From assembly GCA_038883855.1 (NCBI GenBank), contig JAVZLH010000001.1, positions 64,001 through 128,000 of the forward strand: DNA of 64,000 bases, given 5' to 3'. Below are positions 51,135 through 61,620 of this stretch, piece after piece. This DNA is from Candidatus Bathyarchaeia archaeon (GTDB taxonomy: Archaea; Thermoproteota; Bathyarchaeia; Bathyarchaeales; Bathycorpusculaceae). Each line of letters opens with the position of its first letter. Position 1 is the stretch's first letter. The notes under the pieces were generated by a model. It had not been told where the DNA came from. It saw nothing but the letters and a program-made list of their open reading frames with translations, and searched no databases. A program made the position numbers and the translations under genes.

Positions 51135-51914
51135 TTGAAAATCGCTGTTTCAGGCAAAGGCGGTGTAGGCAAAACCCTAATCGCTGGTAGTCTAGCTTAT
51201 TTTTTCGCGAAAAACGGCTTAAAAACCATAGCAATTGACGCTGACCCTTCGCCGAATCTCGCTTTAACAATGGGGTTGTCGCCTGAGGAAGCCCGCAAAA
51301 TATTGCCTATATCCGAAAATAAGGAGTTGCTTGACTCGAAAACTAGCACGGGTTATTCTGGAGTTTTTAGGCTGTCCTTCACCGTTGATGACATTGTACG
51401 CGACTATTCTGTGGAGACCCCTTTAGGCGTGAACCTTATTGTCATGGGTACTGTGCGTTCAATGGGTTCGGGATGCACTTGTCCAGCAAATGCTGTTATA
51501 CGTGCTCTTCTTAGGCATTTGGTTGTCGAGCGCGATGAGGCCGTGGTTGTTGACATGGAAGCAGGCATAGAACATATTGGGAGAGGAACGGCGCAGCATG
51601 TGGATGTTATGCTCATAGTCGTAGATGCTAGTTTGAAGGCTCTTGAAACCGCCAAAAACATTTATGACTTAAGTGCTAAAGCGGGCTTAAAGAAAATTTT
51701 TCTCGTCGGTAACAAAGTTGGAGACGAGGTTCAAAAGAAAGTTATAGAAGGGTTTGCAGAAAAAAACGGTTTAAAGGTTCTTGGTCTTGTGCCTTTCGAC
51801 CCAAAAATTGTGGAGGCCGAGATGCGCGGGGAAACACCGCTTAAGCATGAGAAGTCTGAGGCTATAAGAGCCATAGAAAACATTTGTAATAGGCTTATGG
51901 CTAAAAACGTCTAA
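51135..51914 (+). CDS. cooC: CO dehydrogenase nickel-insertion ATPase CooC
   Basis: SGKGGVGKT, DADP, GCTC, DMEAGIEH. Confidence 0.92.
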   Translation: MKIAVSGKGGVGKTLIAGSLAYFFAKNGLKTIAIDADPSPNLALTMGLSPEEARKILPISENKELLDSKTSTGYSGVFRLSFTVDDIVRDYSVETPLGVNLIVMGTVRSMGSGCTCPANAVIRALLRHLVVERDEAVVVDMEAGIEHIGRGTAQHVDVMLIVVDASLKALETAKNIYDLSAKAGLKKIFLVGNKVGDEVQKKVIEGFAEKNGLKVLGLVPFDPKIVEAEMRGETPLKHEKSEAIRAIENICNRLMAKNV

Positions 51915-51952
51915 AATACTTGAACGTATTTTAATTTGATGGGGCGAGATTT

Positions 51953-52723
51953 ATGAAAATGCTTGTAACGATAGGCCGCGGCGGAACAGGAAAAACAAGC
52001 TTTGTCGCTTTAATGACTAAATACTTTGTCGAGGCAGGAGAAACCCCGTTATTGCTTGTGGACGCAGACCCTGACCAGAACCTCAGCGAAATGGTCGGAG
52101 TCGACTTGAAAGAGGCTGGGAAAAAGACAATTTCAGAATTGCTTGTAGAAACTTTTATCGAAGGTGGAGGAACAACAGTAGGTATTCCGCCGACTGAAAG
52201 AATTGAAAGTAGAATTTGGATGTATGGGATGTATGAAAGCGACGCTTTCGACTTTATTTCTCTTGGGACAAAGTGGGTTGAGGGCTGTTACTGCTTGCCC
52301 AACTCTGCCTTAAAAGGTGCGTTGGAGTCCTTAACCAAAAATTACAAGTATGTTTTGATTGACTCGCCTGCTGGTTTAGAGCATTTAAACCGTAGGATCA
52401 CGTCTAGGGTTGATGACATTTTCGACGTTCTTGACCCATCCAAAAAGTCCTTTGACCATGTGGAAAGGGCTTACCGCATAGCAAGGGAGGTTAAGATTGA
52501 CTTCAAAAACTTCTACGTTGTAGGAGGTTTCCGTTTTCCTGAAAACCTAAGCGAGAAGGCTGAAAAAATGTTGAAGCATAAGTTTCTGGGGAAAATCGCC
52601 TACGACGAGAGTGTTGAGGAGCATGTTCTCGCTGGAAAATCTTTGCTGGAGTTACCCGAGGATTCTCCTGCTTATGTTTCTGTCGTGAAGATTCTGGAAA
52701 AAGCTGGTTACTTGCAAAGATAA
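51953..52723 (+). CDS. Second CooC/AcsF-type nickel-insertion ATPase
   Basis: GRGGTGKT, DADP, GCYC, DSPAGLEH. Confidence 0.9.
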   Translation: MKMLVTIGRGGTGKTSFVALMTKYFVEAGETPLLLVDADPDQNLSEMVGVDLKEAGKKTISELLVETFIEGGGTTVGIPPTERIESRIWMYGMYESDAFDFISLGTKWVEGCYCLPNSALKGALESLTKNYKYVLIDSPAGLEHLNRRITSRVDDIFDVLDPSKKSFDHVERAYRIAREVKIDFKNFYVVGGFRFPENLSEKAEKMLKHKFLGKIAYDESVEEHVLAGKSLLELPEDSPAYVSVVKILEKAGYLQR

Positions 52724-52820
52724 ATGGCAGCGTTTTCTTTTCATTCTTATCATGAAAATATTTCTAGAAAAGTTTAAAACACTGTGTTGTTAAGGATAAA
52801 TCTTCTGAACCATTTAGGTT

Positions 52821-55178
52821 GTGTTATTGGTGAATAGGAAGAATATTAACATAAAAATTGACGAGCTTAAAACTGACATTGGGATTTTCAAGAATCTTCA
52901 ACTTTCCATAGGCAAACTCGCTGAAGAAAAATGGACGGAGCCTATGGGACCAACACCATTTCCGTCGTTGACGGCGCTGAGAGATTGGGATATGAAACTT
53001 CTTCAACGCTACAAACCCTTTTACCTACCTTTCTGCGACGTTTGTTGCCTCTGCACATTCGGCAAATGTGACTTAACTGGAAACAAACGTGGAGCATGCG
53101 GAATAAACATGCCAGCTCAACAATCGCGGATAGTGCTTTTAGCTTGCTGCATAGGCGCAGCAACACACATTGGGCATGCCCGTCACTTAGTTGAACATTT
53201 AATTGAGAAGTTCGGGCGAAACATGCCTCTAGATGTTGGTGGACTGAATGTTCAGGTTGAGGCGCCTGTAACCCGTCTTGTTTGTGGAGTAAAACCCGAG
53301 ACTTTAGGTGATTTGGAAGAAGTTTTGGATTATGTTGAAACTCAACTCACCCACTTGGTGTCTGTTACACATACTGGACAAGAGGGAGGCAACCTCGACT
53401 TTGAGTCCAAGGTTTTTCACGCTGGTATGATAGACCAAGTTGGGATGGAAGTCGCAGATATCGCTCAAATAGCAGCTTATGGACTTCCAAAGGCAGACCC
53501 TGAAGCTCCGCTGGTTGACCTGGGTTATGGAACCATAAACATAGAAAAACCCGTAATCCTATGCATAGGTCACAATGTTGTTCCTTCAGTTGGGATAATA
53601 GATTACATGAAGGAGAACGGGTTTGACGGCGAAATTGAAGTTTGTGGACTTTGCTGCACAGCCCACGACATAACAAGATATTATAACCGCGGTAAAATCA
53701 TTGGGCCGATTTCTTGGCAACTTCGTTTTATAAGAAGCGGCGTCCCAGACGTTGTTGTCTTGGATGAACAGTGCATAAGGGCTGATGCGTTCTATGAAGC
53801 TCAAAAGATTAAGGCGCCAGTGATAGTTACATCAGAAAAGAACTGCATGGGCTTGCCGAACCGTACAAACGACCCAGCAGACGCCGTAGTGGAAGACTTA
53901 GTAAGCGGAAAAGCGCCTGGAGCATTAATTCTCGACCCAGAAAAAGTCGGAGAAGTAGCCGTAAAAGTCGCTTTGAAAGTTGCGCCTTTAAGGAAGAAGT
54001 TTAAGGTAATCCCTGAAGTTGAAGAGGTTCTTCAAAGAGCAAAGGACTGCAGACAATGTGGCGACTGCAGAAGGGCATGTCCGCAAGACTTGCAGATTCC
54101 AGAGGCTGTGAAGGCAGCCGCGCAAGGGTCATTAGCAAAACTTGCCGACTTATACGAACCATGCGTTGGCTGTGGCCGTTGCGAACAAGCTTGTCCCGTT
54201 GGCTTGCCAGTTCACAGTTTCATCGTGAAGGCTGGAGAAAAACAGCTTAAATCGGAAACCTACAAAGTTAGGGCTGGAAGAGGCGCAATTCAAGACATCG
54301 AAATTAGGAACGTCGGCAGTCCAATTGTGCTCGGTGAAATTCCAGGCGTAGTTGCTGTCGTAGGCTGTTCCAACTATCCAAGTGGCGGAAAAGATGTCGC
54401 GGAAATCTGTATGGAATTCGCTAACAGACGCTACATAGTTGTGACATCTGGCTGCTCAGCCATGTCAGCCGCTATGTACAAGAATGAGGAGGGCAAAACA
54501 CCATACGAGTACTTCACTGGAGAATTTACTGCTGGCTGTCTTGTGAATGTTGGTTCGTGCGTTTCAAACTCCCACATTGCAGGGGCCGCGATAAAAATTG
54601 CCAATATCTTTGCAAAGCGCAATTTGAGAGCTAACTACGAAGAAATAGCTGATTACATCCTGAACCGTGTAGGCGCAGTTGGACTTGCATGGGGCGCTTA
54701 CTCGCAGAAGGCTGTAGCAATTGCCAGCGGATTCTGGCGTTTAGGTGTTCCAGTAATTGTTGGTCCTCATGGAATTAAGTATAGGCGTATGCTTTTGGGA
54801 AGGGCTGACCGCGAAGAGAACTGGTATGTTTATGATGCACGAACAGGCGAGAAAGTTTACGTTGGACCAGCACCGGAACATCTCTTCTACGCTGCTGAAA
54901 CCAAAGAAGAAGCCATGGTCATGATAGCCAAGCTTTGTATGCGACCCAACGACACCACGAAGGGCAGAGCCATAAAACTCACACACTACATAGACTTGCA
55001 TAAGAGATTGTATGGCACAATGCCCGAAGACATACACCTATTCGTGCGCACAATTGCAGACATTCCAGTGACAATGAAAGATGAAATTGTCAAGATTCTG
55101 GACGAGAAAGGGTGGAAGGAAACAGTGATTCCAGACCCGACGCTTCTTCCACGGATGATTAGAAAACATAAGGAGTGA
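52821..55178 (+). CDS. cdhA: CO dehydrogenase/acetyl-CoA synthase complex alpha subunit
   Basis: CDVCCLCTFGKCDL, GHN, CCTAHD, two ferredoxin motifs, GSCVSNSH. Confidence 0.97.
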   Translation: MLLVNRKNINIKIDELKTDIGIFKNLQLSIGKLAEEKWTEPMGPTPFPSLTALRDWDMKLLQRYKPFYLPFCDVCCLCTFGKCDLTGNKRGACGINMPAQQSRIVLLACCIGAATHIGHARHLVEHLIEKFGRNMPLDVGGLNVQVEAPVTRLVCGVKPETLGDLEEVLDYVETQLTHLVSVTHTGQEGGNLDFESKVFHAGMIDQVGMEVADIAQIAAYGLPKADPEAPLVDLGYGTINIEKPVILCIGHNVVPSVGIIDYMKENGFDGEIEVCGLCCTAHDITRYYNRGKIIGPISWQLRFIRSGVPDVVVLDEQCIRADAFYEAQKIKAPVIVTSEKNCMGLPNRTNDPADAVVEDLVSGKAPGALILDPEKVGEVAVKVALKVAPLRKKFKVIPEVEEVLQRAKDCRQCGDCRRACPQDLQIPEAVKAAAQGSLAKLADLYEPCVGCGRCEQACPVGLPVHSFIVKAGEKQLKSETYKVRAGRGAIQDIEIRNVGSPIVLGEIPGVVAVVGCSNYPSGGKDVAEICMEFANRRYIVVTSGCSAMSAAMYKNEEGKTPYEYFTGEFTAGCLVNVGSCVSNSHIAGAAIKIANIFAKRNLRANYEEIADYILNRVGAVGLAWGAYSQKAVAIASGFWRLGVPVIVGPHGIKYRRMLLGRADREENWYVYDARTGEKVYVGPAPEHLFYAAETKEEAMVMIAKLCMRPNDTTKGRAIKLTHYIDLHKRLYGTMPEDIHLFVRTIADIPVTMKDEIVKILDEKGWKETVIPDPTLLPRMIRKHKE

Positions 55179-55185
55179 ATGAACC

Positions 55186-55737
55186 ATGGCAGCAGTAACT
55201 GAACCTTGGCAAACGGCAGAAATCCCAGGACCCAAAAAAGCTTTAGTCATAACAAAGGCTGATGTCGTTGCCGCCATGATTAAACGGGCGAAACACCCAA
55301 TACTAGTCGTGGGACATAAGACTGTCGAAACAGAGCTTGAAGGACGGAAACTAATCGACTACATGATTGACCTTGCGAAAAAAGCCAATATCCCAGTAGT
55401 AGCCACAGCCCACATAGTCAGCGATTTCACAAAAAGAGGCTATAAACCCGCTGGCTTCATGCCCGCTGTAGACATTGGAAACAGGCTTGTTGACGCCTCA
55501 TGGAATGGGATCGACGGCAAAGGACCGCATGACCTAGCTTTGTTCGTCGGTCTTCCATACTACATGGAATGGACAATCCTTTCTGGTCTAAAGCACTTCG
55601 CCCCCAACCTGAAAACAATAACCCTGGACAACGTGTATCAACCACACGCAAGCTGGTCGTTTCCAAATATTTCTGTTAAAGATTGGATAGAAAACCTCAA
55701 GTTAATAATAGGAAAATTTGAAGGAGGAAGTGAATGA
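55186..55737 (+). CDS. cdhB: ACDS epsilon subunit
   Basis: MIKRAKHP, W.G.DGKG.HDL, PHASWSF; operon position. Confidence 0.94.
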   Translation: MAAVTEPWQTAEIPGPKKALVITKADVVAAMIKRAKHPILVVGHKTVETELEGRKLIDYMIDLAKKANIPVVATAHIVSDFTKRGYKPAGFMPAVDIGNRLVDASWNGIDGKGPHDLALFVGLPYYMEWTILSGLKHFAPNLKTITLDNVYQPHASWSFPNISVKDWIENLKLIIGKFEGGSE

Positions 55738-55738
55738 A

Positions 55739-57148
55739 ATGTCAATGTTTAAAGACATACCGGTAGATGTGGGTGTAATCTATGAAGGCGAAAGGATCCG
55801 TAGAAAAGACATGTATGTGGAGCTGGGCGGACCAGACGTCAAAGAAAAATTCGAACTGGCAAGAGTCAGAAAACCCGAGGAAGTCGAAGATGGAAAAGTA
55901 ACAATTATAGGGCCGGACATAAAGGATATGGCGGAAGGGAAAACCTACCCTCTGGGCATCCTCATAGAGGTTGCTGGCGCAAAACTTGAGCCAGAACTTG
56001 AAGGTGTCATAGAAAGACGTATACACGCCTACTGCAACTACATCGAAGGCTTCATGCACCTAAACCAGCGCTACGACATATGGCTTAGGCTAAGCAAAAA
56101 ATCCTTTGAAAAAGGGTTAAACTCCTTCCAACTCATCGGAAAAGTCTTACATAGACTTTTCAAAAGCGAACTGCCAATAATCGAAAAAATGCAAGTAACC
56201 TTCATAACAGACCCAGAGAAAATAAAGCCGCTCTACAACGAGGCTCTGCAAATTTATGATGCCAGAGACGCCAGAGCAAGAGGGCTCAAAGACGAAGAAG
56301 TAGACAAATTTTACGGCTGCATCCTATGCCAGTCTTTCGCTCCAACCCACTGCTGCGTAATAACCCCGCAGCGATATTCGAACTGTGGAGCCATAAGCTG
56401 GTTTGATGGAAGAGCCGCAGCAAGCATAGACCCGAAAGGTCCGGTGTTCACAATTGAAAAAGGCGAGCTGCTCGACCCTGTTAAGGGCGAATACTCTGGC
56501 GTAAATGAGGCTGTAAAGAAACGTACTCTAGGCGAAATTACTAGGGTTTGGCTTTACACAGCCTTTGGCTACCCGCACACTTCATGCGGCTGCTTTGAAG
56601 GCGTTGCCTTCTACATTCCAGAAGTCGACGGCTTCGGCATTGTGCACAGAGGCTACAAAGATGTCACTGTTAACGGACTGCCCTTCTCAACACTTGCAGA
56701 CTCAACTGCTGGCGGAAGACAAGTGGACGGATTCCACGGCATATCAATAGAATACATGCGCTCAAAGAAGTTCCTGCAAGCTGACGGCGGATGGAACCGA
56801 GTTGTTTGGATGCCAAAGGAAGTAAAGGAAAGAGTGAAAGACTTCATACCAGCCGAACTGGTTGACAAAATTGCAACAGAAGAAGACGCCAAAACAATCG
56901 ATGAACTGAAGGCTTTCCTGAAAACGCAGAACCACCCGGTTTTAACGCGGTGGAAAGAGGAAGCCGTGGCAGTTGCAGAAGCGGCGCCAACCGAAGCTGC
57001 AGAAGAAGCGCCAATTGTGCCTGTGGCGACAGCCGCAACCCTGCCAATAACAGCGGGAGGCTTCAAAATAATCTTAAAAGACGCAAAAATCTACGCAAAA
57101 AGAGTCATCATCCGCTCCATGAGAGGCGAAAAAACAGAGAAAAGGTGA
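55739..57148 (+). CDS. cdhC: ACDS beta subunit (acetyl-CoA synthase)
   Basis: YEGERIR, CILCQSFAP, PHTSCGCFE, GGWNRVVW. Confidence 0.97.
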   Translation: MSMFKDIPVDVGVIYEGERIRRKDMYVELGGPDVKEKFELARVRKPEEVEDGKVTIIGPDIKDMAEGKTYPLGILIEVAGAKLEPELEGVIERRIHAYCNYIEGFMHLNQRYDIWLRLSKKSFEKGLNSFQLIGKVLHRLFKSELPIIEKMQVTFITDPEKIKPLYNEALQIYDARDARARGLKDEEVDKFYGCILCQSFAPTHCCVITPQRYSNCGAISWFDGRAAASIDPKGPVFTIEKGELLDPVKGEYSGVNEAVKKRTLGEITRVWLYTAFGYPHTSCGCFEGVAFYIPEVDGFGIVHRGYKDVTVNGLPFSTLADSTAGGRQVDGFHGISIEYMRSKKFLQADGGWNRVVWMPKEVKERVKDFIPAELVDKIATEEDAKTIDELKAFLKTQNHPVLTRWKEEAVAVAEAAPTEAAEEAPIVPVATAATLPITAGGFKIILKDAKIYAKRVIIRSMRGEKTEKR

Positions 57149-57154
57149 AAACAC

Positions 57155-58366
57155 TTGGCTGAAAAAGAGAAGGCTTTAGGGCTGAAACTCAGCCCGCGCC
57201 TTATGGAACTTCTCGCAAAACTTCAGGAGATTGAGCTTGAAGACTTTGAAATGAATGTTGGAGATTTGGAAATTTGGCTTCAACCCGGAGCCGTTTCCGC
57301 TCCTGTTGTTGCGCCGCCAAAAGTTGTTCCGCCAGTGAAAGCTAAACCAACGGCTATTCTCGAGGCAGAGTTTATCCCCCCGGTTGAAACATACCCTGGT
57401 AAAATTGTGGAAGTGAAGCTTGGAGCCACGAGAAGCGAAGGTGGTACTCGTGGAAAAACTGTTACAATTGGAGGCGAAACCACCCCGGCCTTCTACACTT
57501 TTGAGCGTCCCACACCACACCCTCCAGTTGTAACGCTTGATGTTTTTGATATCGAAGTTCCCCTCGCAAAGGCTGTGAAGATGCATGTGAAAGATGTTTT
57601 GGGAGATCCTGCCGCTTGGGCTAAGCTCGCAGTTGAAAAGTTCGGTGCGGACCTCGTGACAATCCACCTAATCAGCATTGACCCTCTTGTGAAGGACGCC
57701 ACGCCAAAAGAGGCTGTGAAAACGGTGGAGGAAGTGGCGCAAGCAGTTGACGTGCCCCTTGTAATCGGAGGATGCGGCGACCCAGTGAAAGACGCTGACG
57801 TTTTTGAAGCGATTGCAGAAACATTCAAAGGTGAACGTTTCTTGATAAGCTCGCTTACGCGGGACATGGATATTGAAAGATGCGGCAAATTTGTAAAGAA
57901 AAACGGGCATGTCGCGCTTTCATTCACACCCATGGACTTGAACTTAGCTCGGGAACTTAACCGTAAACTCTACGATTACCTATCTAAAGAAGACATAATT
58001 ATGGATTTGACAACCGCCGCGCTCGGCTACGGTCTCGACTACGCTTTTACAAACATGGAAAGAGCTAGGCTCGCAGGTTTAATGGGCGACCCAGAACTGG
58101 CGCATCCCATGTCCTCTGGAACAACAAACGCTTGGGCGGCAAGGGAAGCGTGGCTTAAAATGGCTCCAGAATGGGAACCCCGCGAACTGAGAGGACCCTT
58201 ATGGGAGGTTGTGACGGCTTTGACTCTGCTGCTTGCTGGTGTAGACCTGTTTATGATGATGCATCCGGCTGCCGTAAAAACTCTGAAAGAGGTTGTTAAA
58301 CAGTTGACTGGTGAGGGCATCGGGAACGCTAACAAACTCGTGGAATGGGTTTCCATGAAAGTTTAG
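57155..58366 (+). CDS. cdhD: ACDS delta subunit (corrinoid Fe-S protein small subunit)
   Basis: TAALGYGLDY, ER.RLAGL.GD, NAWAAREAW, MMHP. Confidence 0.96.
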   Translation: MAEKEKALGLKLSPRLMELLAKLQEIELEDFEMNVGDLEIWLQPGAVSAPVVAPPKVVPPVKAKPTAILEAEFIPPVETYPGKIVEVKLGATRSEGGTRGKTVTIGGETTPAFYTFERPTPHPPVVTLDVFDIEVPLAKAVKMHVKDVLGDPAAWAKLAVEKFGADLVTIHLISIDPLVKDATPKEAVKTVEEVAQAVDVPLVIGGCGDPVKDADVFEAIAETFKGERFLISSLTRDMDIERCGKFVKKNGHVALSFTPMDLNLARELNRKLYDYLSKEDIIMDLTTAALGYGLDYAFTNMERARLAGLMGDPELAHPMSSGTTNAWAAREAWLKMAPEWEPRELRGPLWEVVTALTLLLAGVDLFMMMHPAAVKTLKEVVKQLTGEGIGNANKLVEWVSMKV

Positions 58367-58399
58367 ATTGAGGGGTGTTTTGGAGAGAGAGTGTTTGGT

Positions 58400-59833
58400 A
58401 TGAGTGGAAAAGAAGGTAAAGTTGGCGTGAAAGAGCTAAGCCCAATAGATGTTTACAAGCTTCTACCCAAAACAAACTGCAAGGAATGCGGCGAAGAAAA
58501 CTGCATGGCTTTCGCAACAAAAGTTGTTAACCGCGAAGTCACCATCGAAAAATGCCCGCCACTACTGAAGAAAGAACATGAAAAAGCCTACGCTCAGTTG
58601 AAAGAGATGCTGAAACCCGCCATAAAAGAAGTCATCGTAGGCGCCGGAGACAAAGCCGTGAAAATCGGCGGAAAACTAGTTATGTACCGCCACGAACTCA
58701 CATACTTTAACCCAACGGCAATCGCAATAGACGTAACGGACGAGATGTCTGATGAAGAAATTCTTGACAGGGTGAAGCGCACAGAAAAGTTCAGCTTTGA
58801 ATATATCGGGCAAACGCTGAAACTGGACATGATTGCAGTTCGCTCCACATCAAACGACCCTGAAAAGTTTAAGGCAACGGTAAAGAAAGTTGCAGAAAAC
58901 ACAACCTTGCCACTAATTCTCTGCTCGCTAAACCCAAACGTTCTGGAAGCGGGATTAATTGCAGTGCCAAAAGCGAGACCACTACTGTACGCGGCGACGA
59001 AAGACAACTGGAAAGACATGGCTGAACTTGCATTGATGTATAACTGTCCGTTAACGGTGTTTGCGCCAAACAACCTTAAACTGTTAAAGTCTTTGGCAAA
59101 AACCCTAATTGAATACGGTGTTGAAGACCTTGTGCTTGACCCCGGCACTTTTCCAAGCGAAGGCTTAACTGACACGCTGAACAATTTCACAATGATTCGA
59201 AGAGCAGCTTGCAAAGGAGGAGACGAACTTTTAGGCTTCCCGTTAATGGGTGTGCCCATGACGGTTTGGATGGAGAAAGGCGAAGCCCCCGCGGAAATTG
59301 CAAAGTGGAAAGAGGCTTACTTGGCATCTATGCTTATCGTCCGTTTTGCAGATGTTGTGATAATGCACAGCGTTGACGGTTGGTCTCTTCTTCCAACGGT
59401 TATATTGCGGCAAAACATTTACACAGACCCACGCAAACCCGTAGCTGTAGAGCCAGGTTTGAGAGTTTTCGGGACACCAGACGAAAACTCGCCAGTAATG
59501 TTCACAACTAACTTCGCTCTCACATACTACACGGTAGCTTCCGACATAGAATCCGCAAAAATAAATGCTTACCTGCTGGTTGTTGACACCGAAGGCATAG
59601 CCGTAGACAGTGCAGTGGCTGGAAGAAAATTGACAGCAGAAAAAGTTGCAGACGCCTTAAAAGCTTGTGGACTGGAAAACAAAGTTAAGCATAGAAAACT
59701 AATAATTCCAGGAAAAGCAGCGCGGCTAAGCGGAGAAATTGAAGAACTCAGCGGTTGGCAAGTGATGGTTGGTCCAAGGGACTCGTCTGACATACCGAAG
59801 TTTCTACAGGAAAAATGGGCAACACAAGTTTAA
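58400..59833 (+). CDS. cdhE: ACDS gamma subunit (corrinoid Fe-S protein large subunit)
   Basis: LPKTNCKECGEENCMAFA, RQNIYTDP, TTNFALTY, VGPRDS. Confidence 0.97.
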   Translation: MSGKEGKVGVKELSPIDVYKLLPKTNCKECGEENCMAFATKVVNREVTIEKCPPLLKKEHEKAYAQLKEMLKPAIKEVIVGAGDKAVKIGGKLVMYRHELTYFNPTAIAIDVTDEMSDEEILDRVKRTEKFSFEYIGQTLKLDMIAVRSTSNDPEKFKATVKKVAENTTLPLILCSLNPNVLEAGLIAVPKARPLLYAATKDNWKDMAELALMYNCPLTVFAPNNLKLLKSLAKTLIEYGVEDLVLDPGTFPSEGLTDTLNNFTMIRRAACKGGDELLGFPLMGVPMTVWMEKGEAPAEIAKWKEAYLASMLIVRFADVVIMHSVDGWSLLPTVILRQNIYTDPRKPVAVEPGLRVFGTPDENSPVMFTTNFALTYYTVASDIESAKINAYLLVVDTEGIAVDSAVAGRKLTAEKVADALKACGLENKVKHRKLIIPGKAARLSGEIEELSGWQVMVGPRDSSDIPKFLQEKWATQV

Positions 59834-59844
59834 TACTTCTTATT

Positions 59845-59873
59845 TTATCCCTTTTTGGGTAAAAAAGGAATAA
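59845..59873. terminator. Imperfect inverted repeat with T/A tracts between convergent cdhE and thermosome genes
   Basis: TTATCCCTTTTT-GGGT-AAAAAAGGAATAA; oligo-T on both strands. Confidence 0.45.
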
Positions 59874-59882
59874 GGTTTTGTT

Positions 59883-61529
59883 TTAGTACTCTTCTCCACC
59901 GAGTTCTTCTTTAGGCTTTTTCTCCTTCTCTTTCTCCTTCTCCATGCCTTTCGCTGCAATCAAATCGTCGATCTTTAGTATCATGTTTGCTGCTTCTGTT
60001 GCTGATTTGATGACTTGTTGCTTAACTCGTAATGGTTCCACAACTTTTAGTTCAAGCATGTCTCTGACTTTGCCAGAGAAGACATCAACTCCATAAGATG
60101 GTGTAGCTGCGCTTTCGTGTTTAGCTCTTAAAGCAACCATAATGTCAATAGGGTCTAAACCAGCGTTTTCAGCCAAAATAAGCGGAATCGACTCGACAGC
60201 ATCCGCGAAAGCTTCGATTGCCAGCTGCTCGCGTCCACCGACCTTAACAGCGTAATCCCTTAACTGCTTTGCAACTTCCGCTTCTGGTGCACCACCGCCT
60301 GGAACTATTTTTCCATCTTCTATGGCGTTTCTGACAACGCATAATGCGTCATGTAAGGAGCGCTCTGCTTCGTCGACGACATGTTCTGTTCCACCTCTGA
60401 TGACGATGGTTACTGCTTTGGGGTTCTTGCACTCCTTTACATAGATAAGTTTGTCCTCGCCTATCTTGACTTCTTCGACAATTTTTGCTTCTCCAAGCAC
60501 GTCTGGCGTTAAGTCTTTGACACTGGCTATAATTTTGCCTCCAGTTGCCCTTGCAAGTTTCTCCATATCACTTCTGGTGAGGTTTTTAGCCGCTAAAATG
60601 CCTCTTTTAGCCAAGAAATGCAGCGCCACATCGTCTATGCCTTTCTCGCATAAGACAACGTTTGCGCCGACCTCTGCAATCTTGTCAACCATTTCTTTAA
60701 GCATGCGTTCCTCTTCATCCAAGAAAAGTTTCATCTGCTCCGGGGTTTCAATGTTAATTTTTGCGTCAAATTCCGTTTTCTCGATCTCCAATTTGGCATT
60801 TAAAAGCGCAATCTTCGCGTCTTTGACAAGTTTTGGCATCTGCGGATGAGCAACTTCCTTGTCAATGACCACGCCTTTGACAAGCTCTGTTTCGTCTAGA
60901 CTTTTGCCGTGTTTCTTCAAAATTTTAATTAAATCAATGTCAGCCTTGAACTTTCCATCTTTCTCCTCTGCAACTTGTTTTACGGCTTCAACAGCTAGTT
61001 TGGCAAAATGCTCTTTAGCCACTGTTATGCCTTTGCTGCCCATAGAAGTAACCGCTATGTCGATAAGCCTTTCATCGTCATTTATGCTTATTGGTAACGC
61101 CATTTTCTCCAAGACTTCTTGGGCTTTTTCGCTGGCTTTCTTAAAACCTTCAATAATAACTGTTGGATGAATGTTCTGGTCTAAAAGTGTTTCAGCCTTT
61201 GCCAGAAGTTCCCCAGCTAAAACTGCTGCTGTCGTTGTTCCATCGCCCACCTCGTTGTCTTGAGCTTTTGCGACTTCCACGAGCATTTTTGCTGCTGGAT
61301 GCTGTACATCAAGCTCCTTCAAGATTGTTGCGCCATCGTTTGTTATTGAAACATCTCCAAAACTGTTTACGAGCATTTTATCCATGCCTTTCGGGCCTAA
61401 GGTTGTTTTCACAGTTTCCGCTATTATTTTTGCGGCCATTATATTGTTTCTCTGCGCTTCTCTTCCTGTCGTTCTGCTTGTTCCTTCCTTTAATATCAAT
61501 ACTGGAACAGTTCCAGAAGGTACGGACAT
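59883..61529 (-). CDS. Thermosome (group II chaperonin) subunit
   Basis: [29 protein letters not shown]. Confidence 0.97.
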   Translation of the reverse strand: MSVPSGTVPVLILKEGTSRTTGREAQRNNIMAAKIIAETVKTTLGPKGMDKMLVNSFGDVSITNDGATILKELDVQHPAAKMLVEVAKAQDNEVGDGTTTAAVLAGELLAKAETLLDQNIHPTVIIEGFKKASEKAQEVLEKMALPISINDDERLIDIAVTSMGSKGITVAKEHFAKLAVEAVKQVAEEKDGKFKADIDLIKILKKHGKSLDETELVKGVVIDKEVAHPQMPKLVKDAKIALLNAKLEIEKTEFDAKINIETPEQMKLFLDEEERMLKEMVDKIAEVGANVVLCEKGIDDVALHFLAKRGILAAKNLTRSDMEKLARATGGKIIASVKDLTPDVLGEAKIVEEVKIGEDKLIYVKECKNPKAVTIVIRGGTEHVVDEAERSLHDALCVVRNAIEDGKIVPGGGAPEAEVAKQLRDYAVKVGGREQLAIEAFADAVESIPLILAENAGLDPIDIMVALRAKHESAATPSYGVDVFSGKVRDMLELKVVEPLRVKQQVIKSATEAANMILKIDDLIAAKGMEKEKEKEKKPKEELGGEEY

Positions 61530-61620
61530 TAGACATCACCTCCACACATGTTTTCTCATGTGAAAGATTAATTTGTTATGACAAAATTCTACACGAAAAG
61601 ACACTTCTATATAAGCATTT

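Noticed and set aside
58594-59259. Long antisense ORFs (e.g. 221 aa opposite cdhE; also opposite cinA, metE, cdhD)
   Set aside because: Codon-symmetry shadows of well-conserved genes, with no recognisable motifs.
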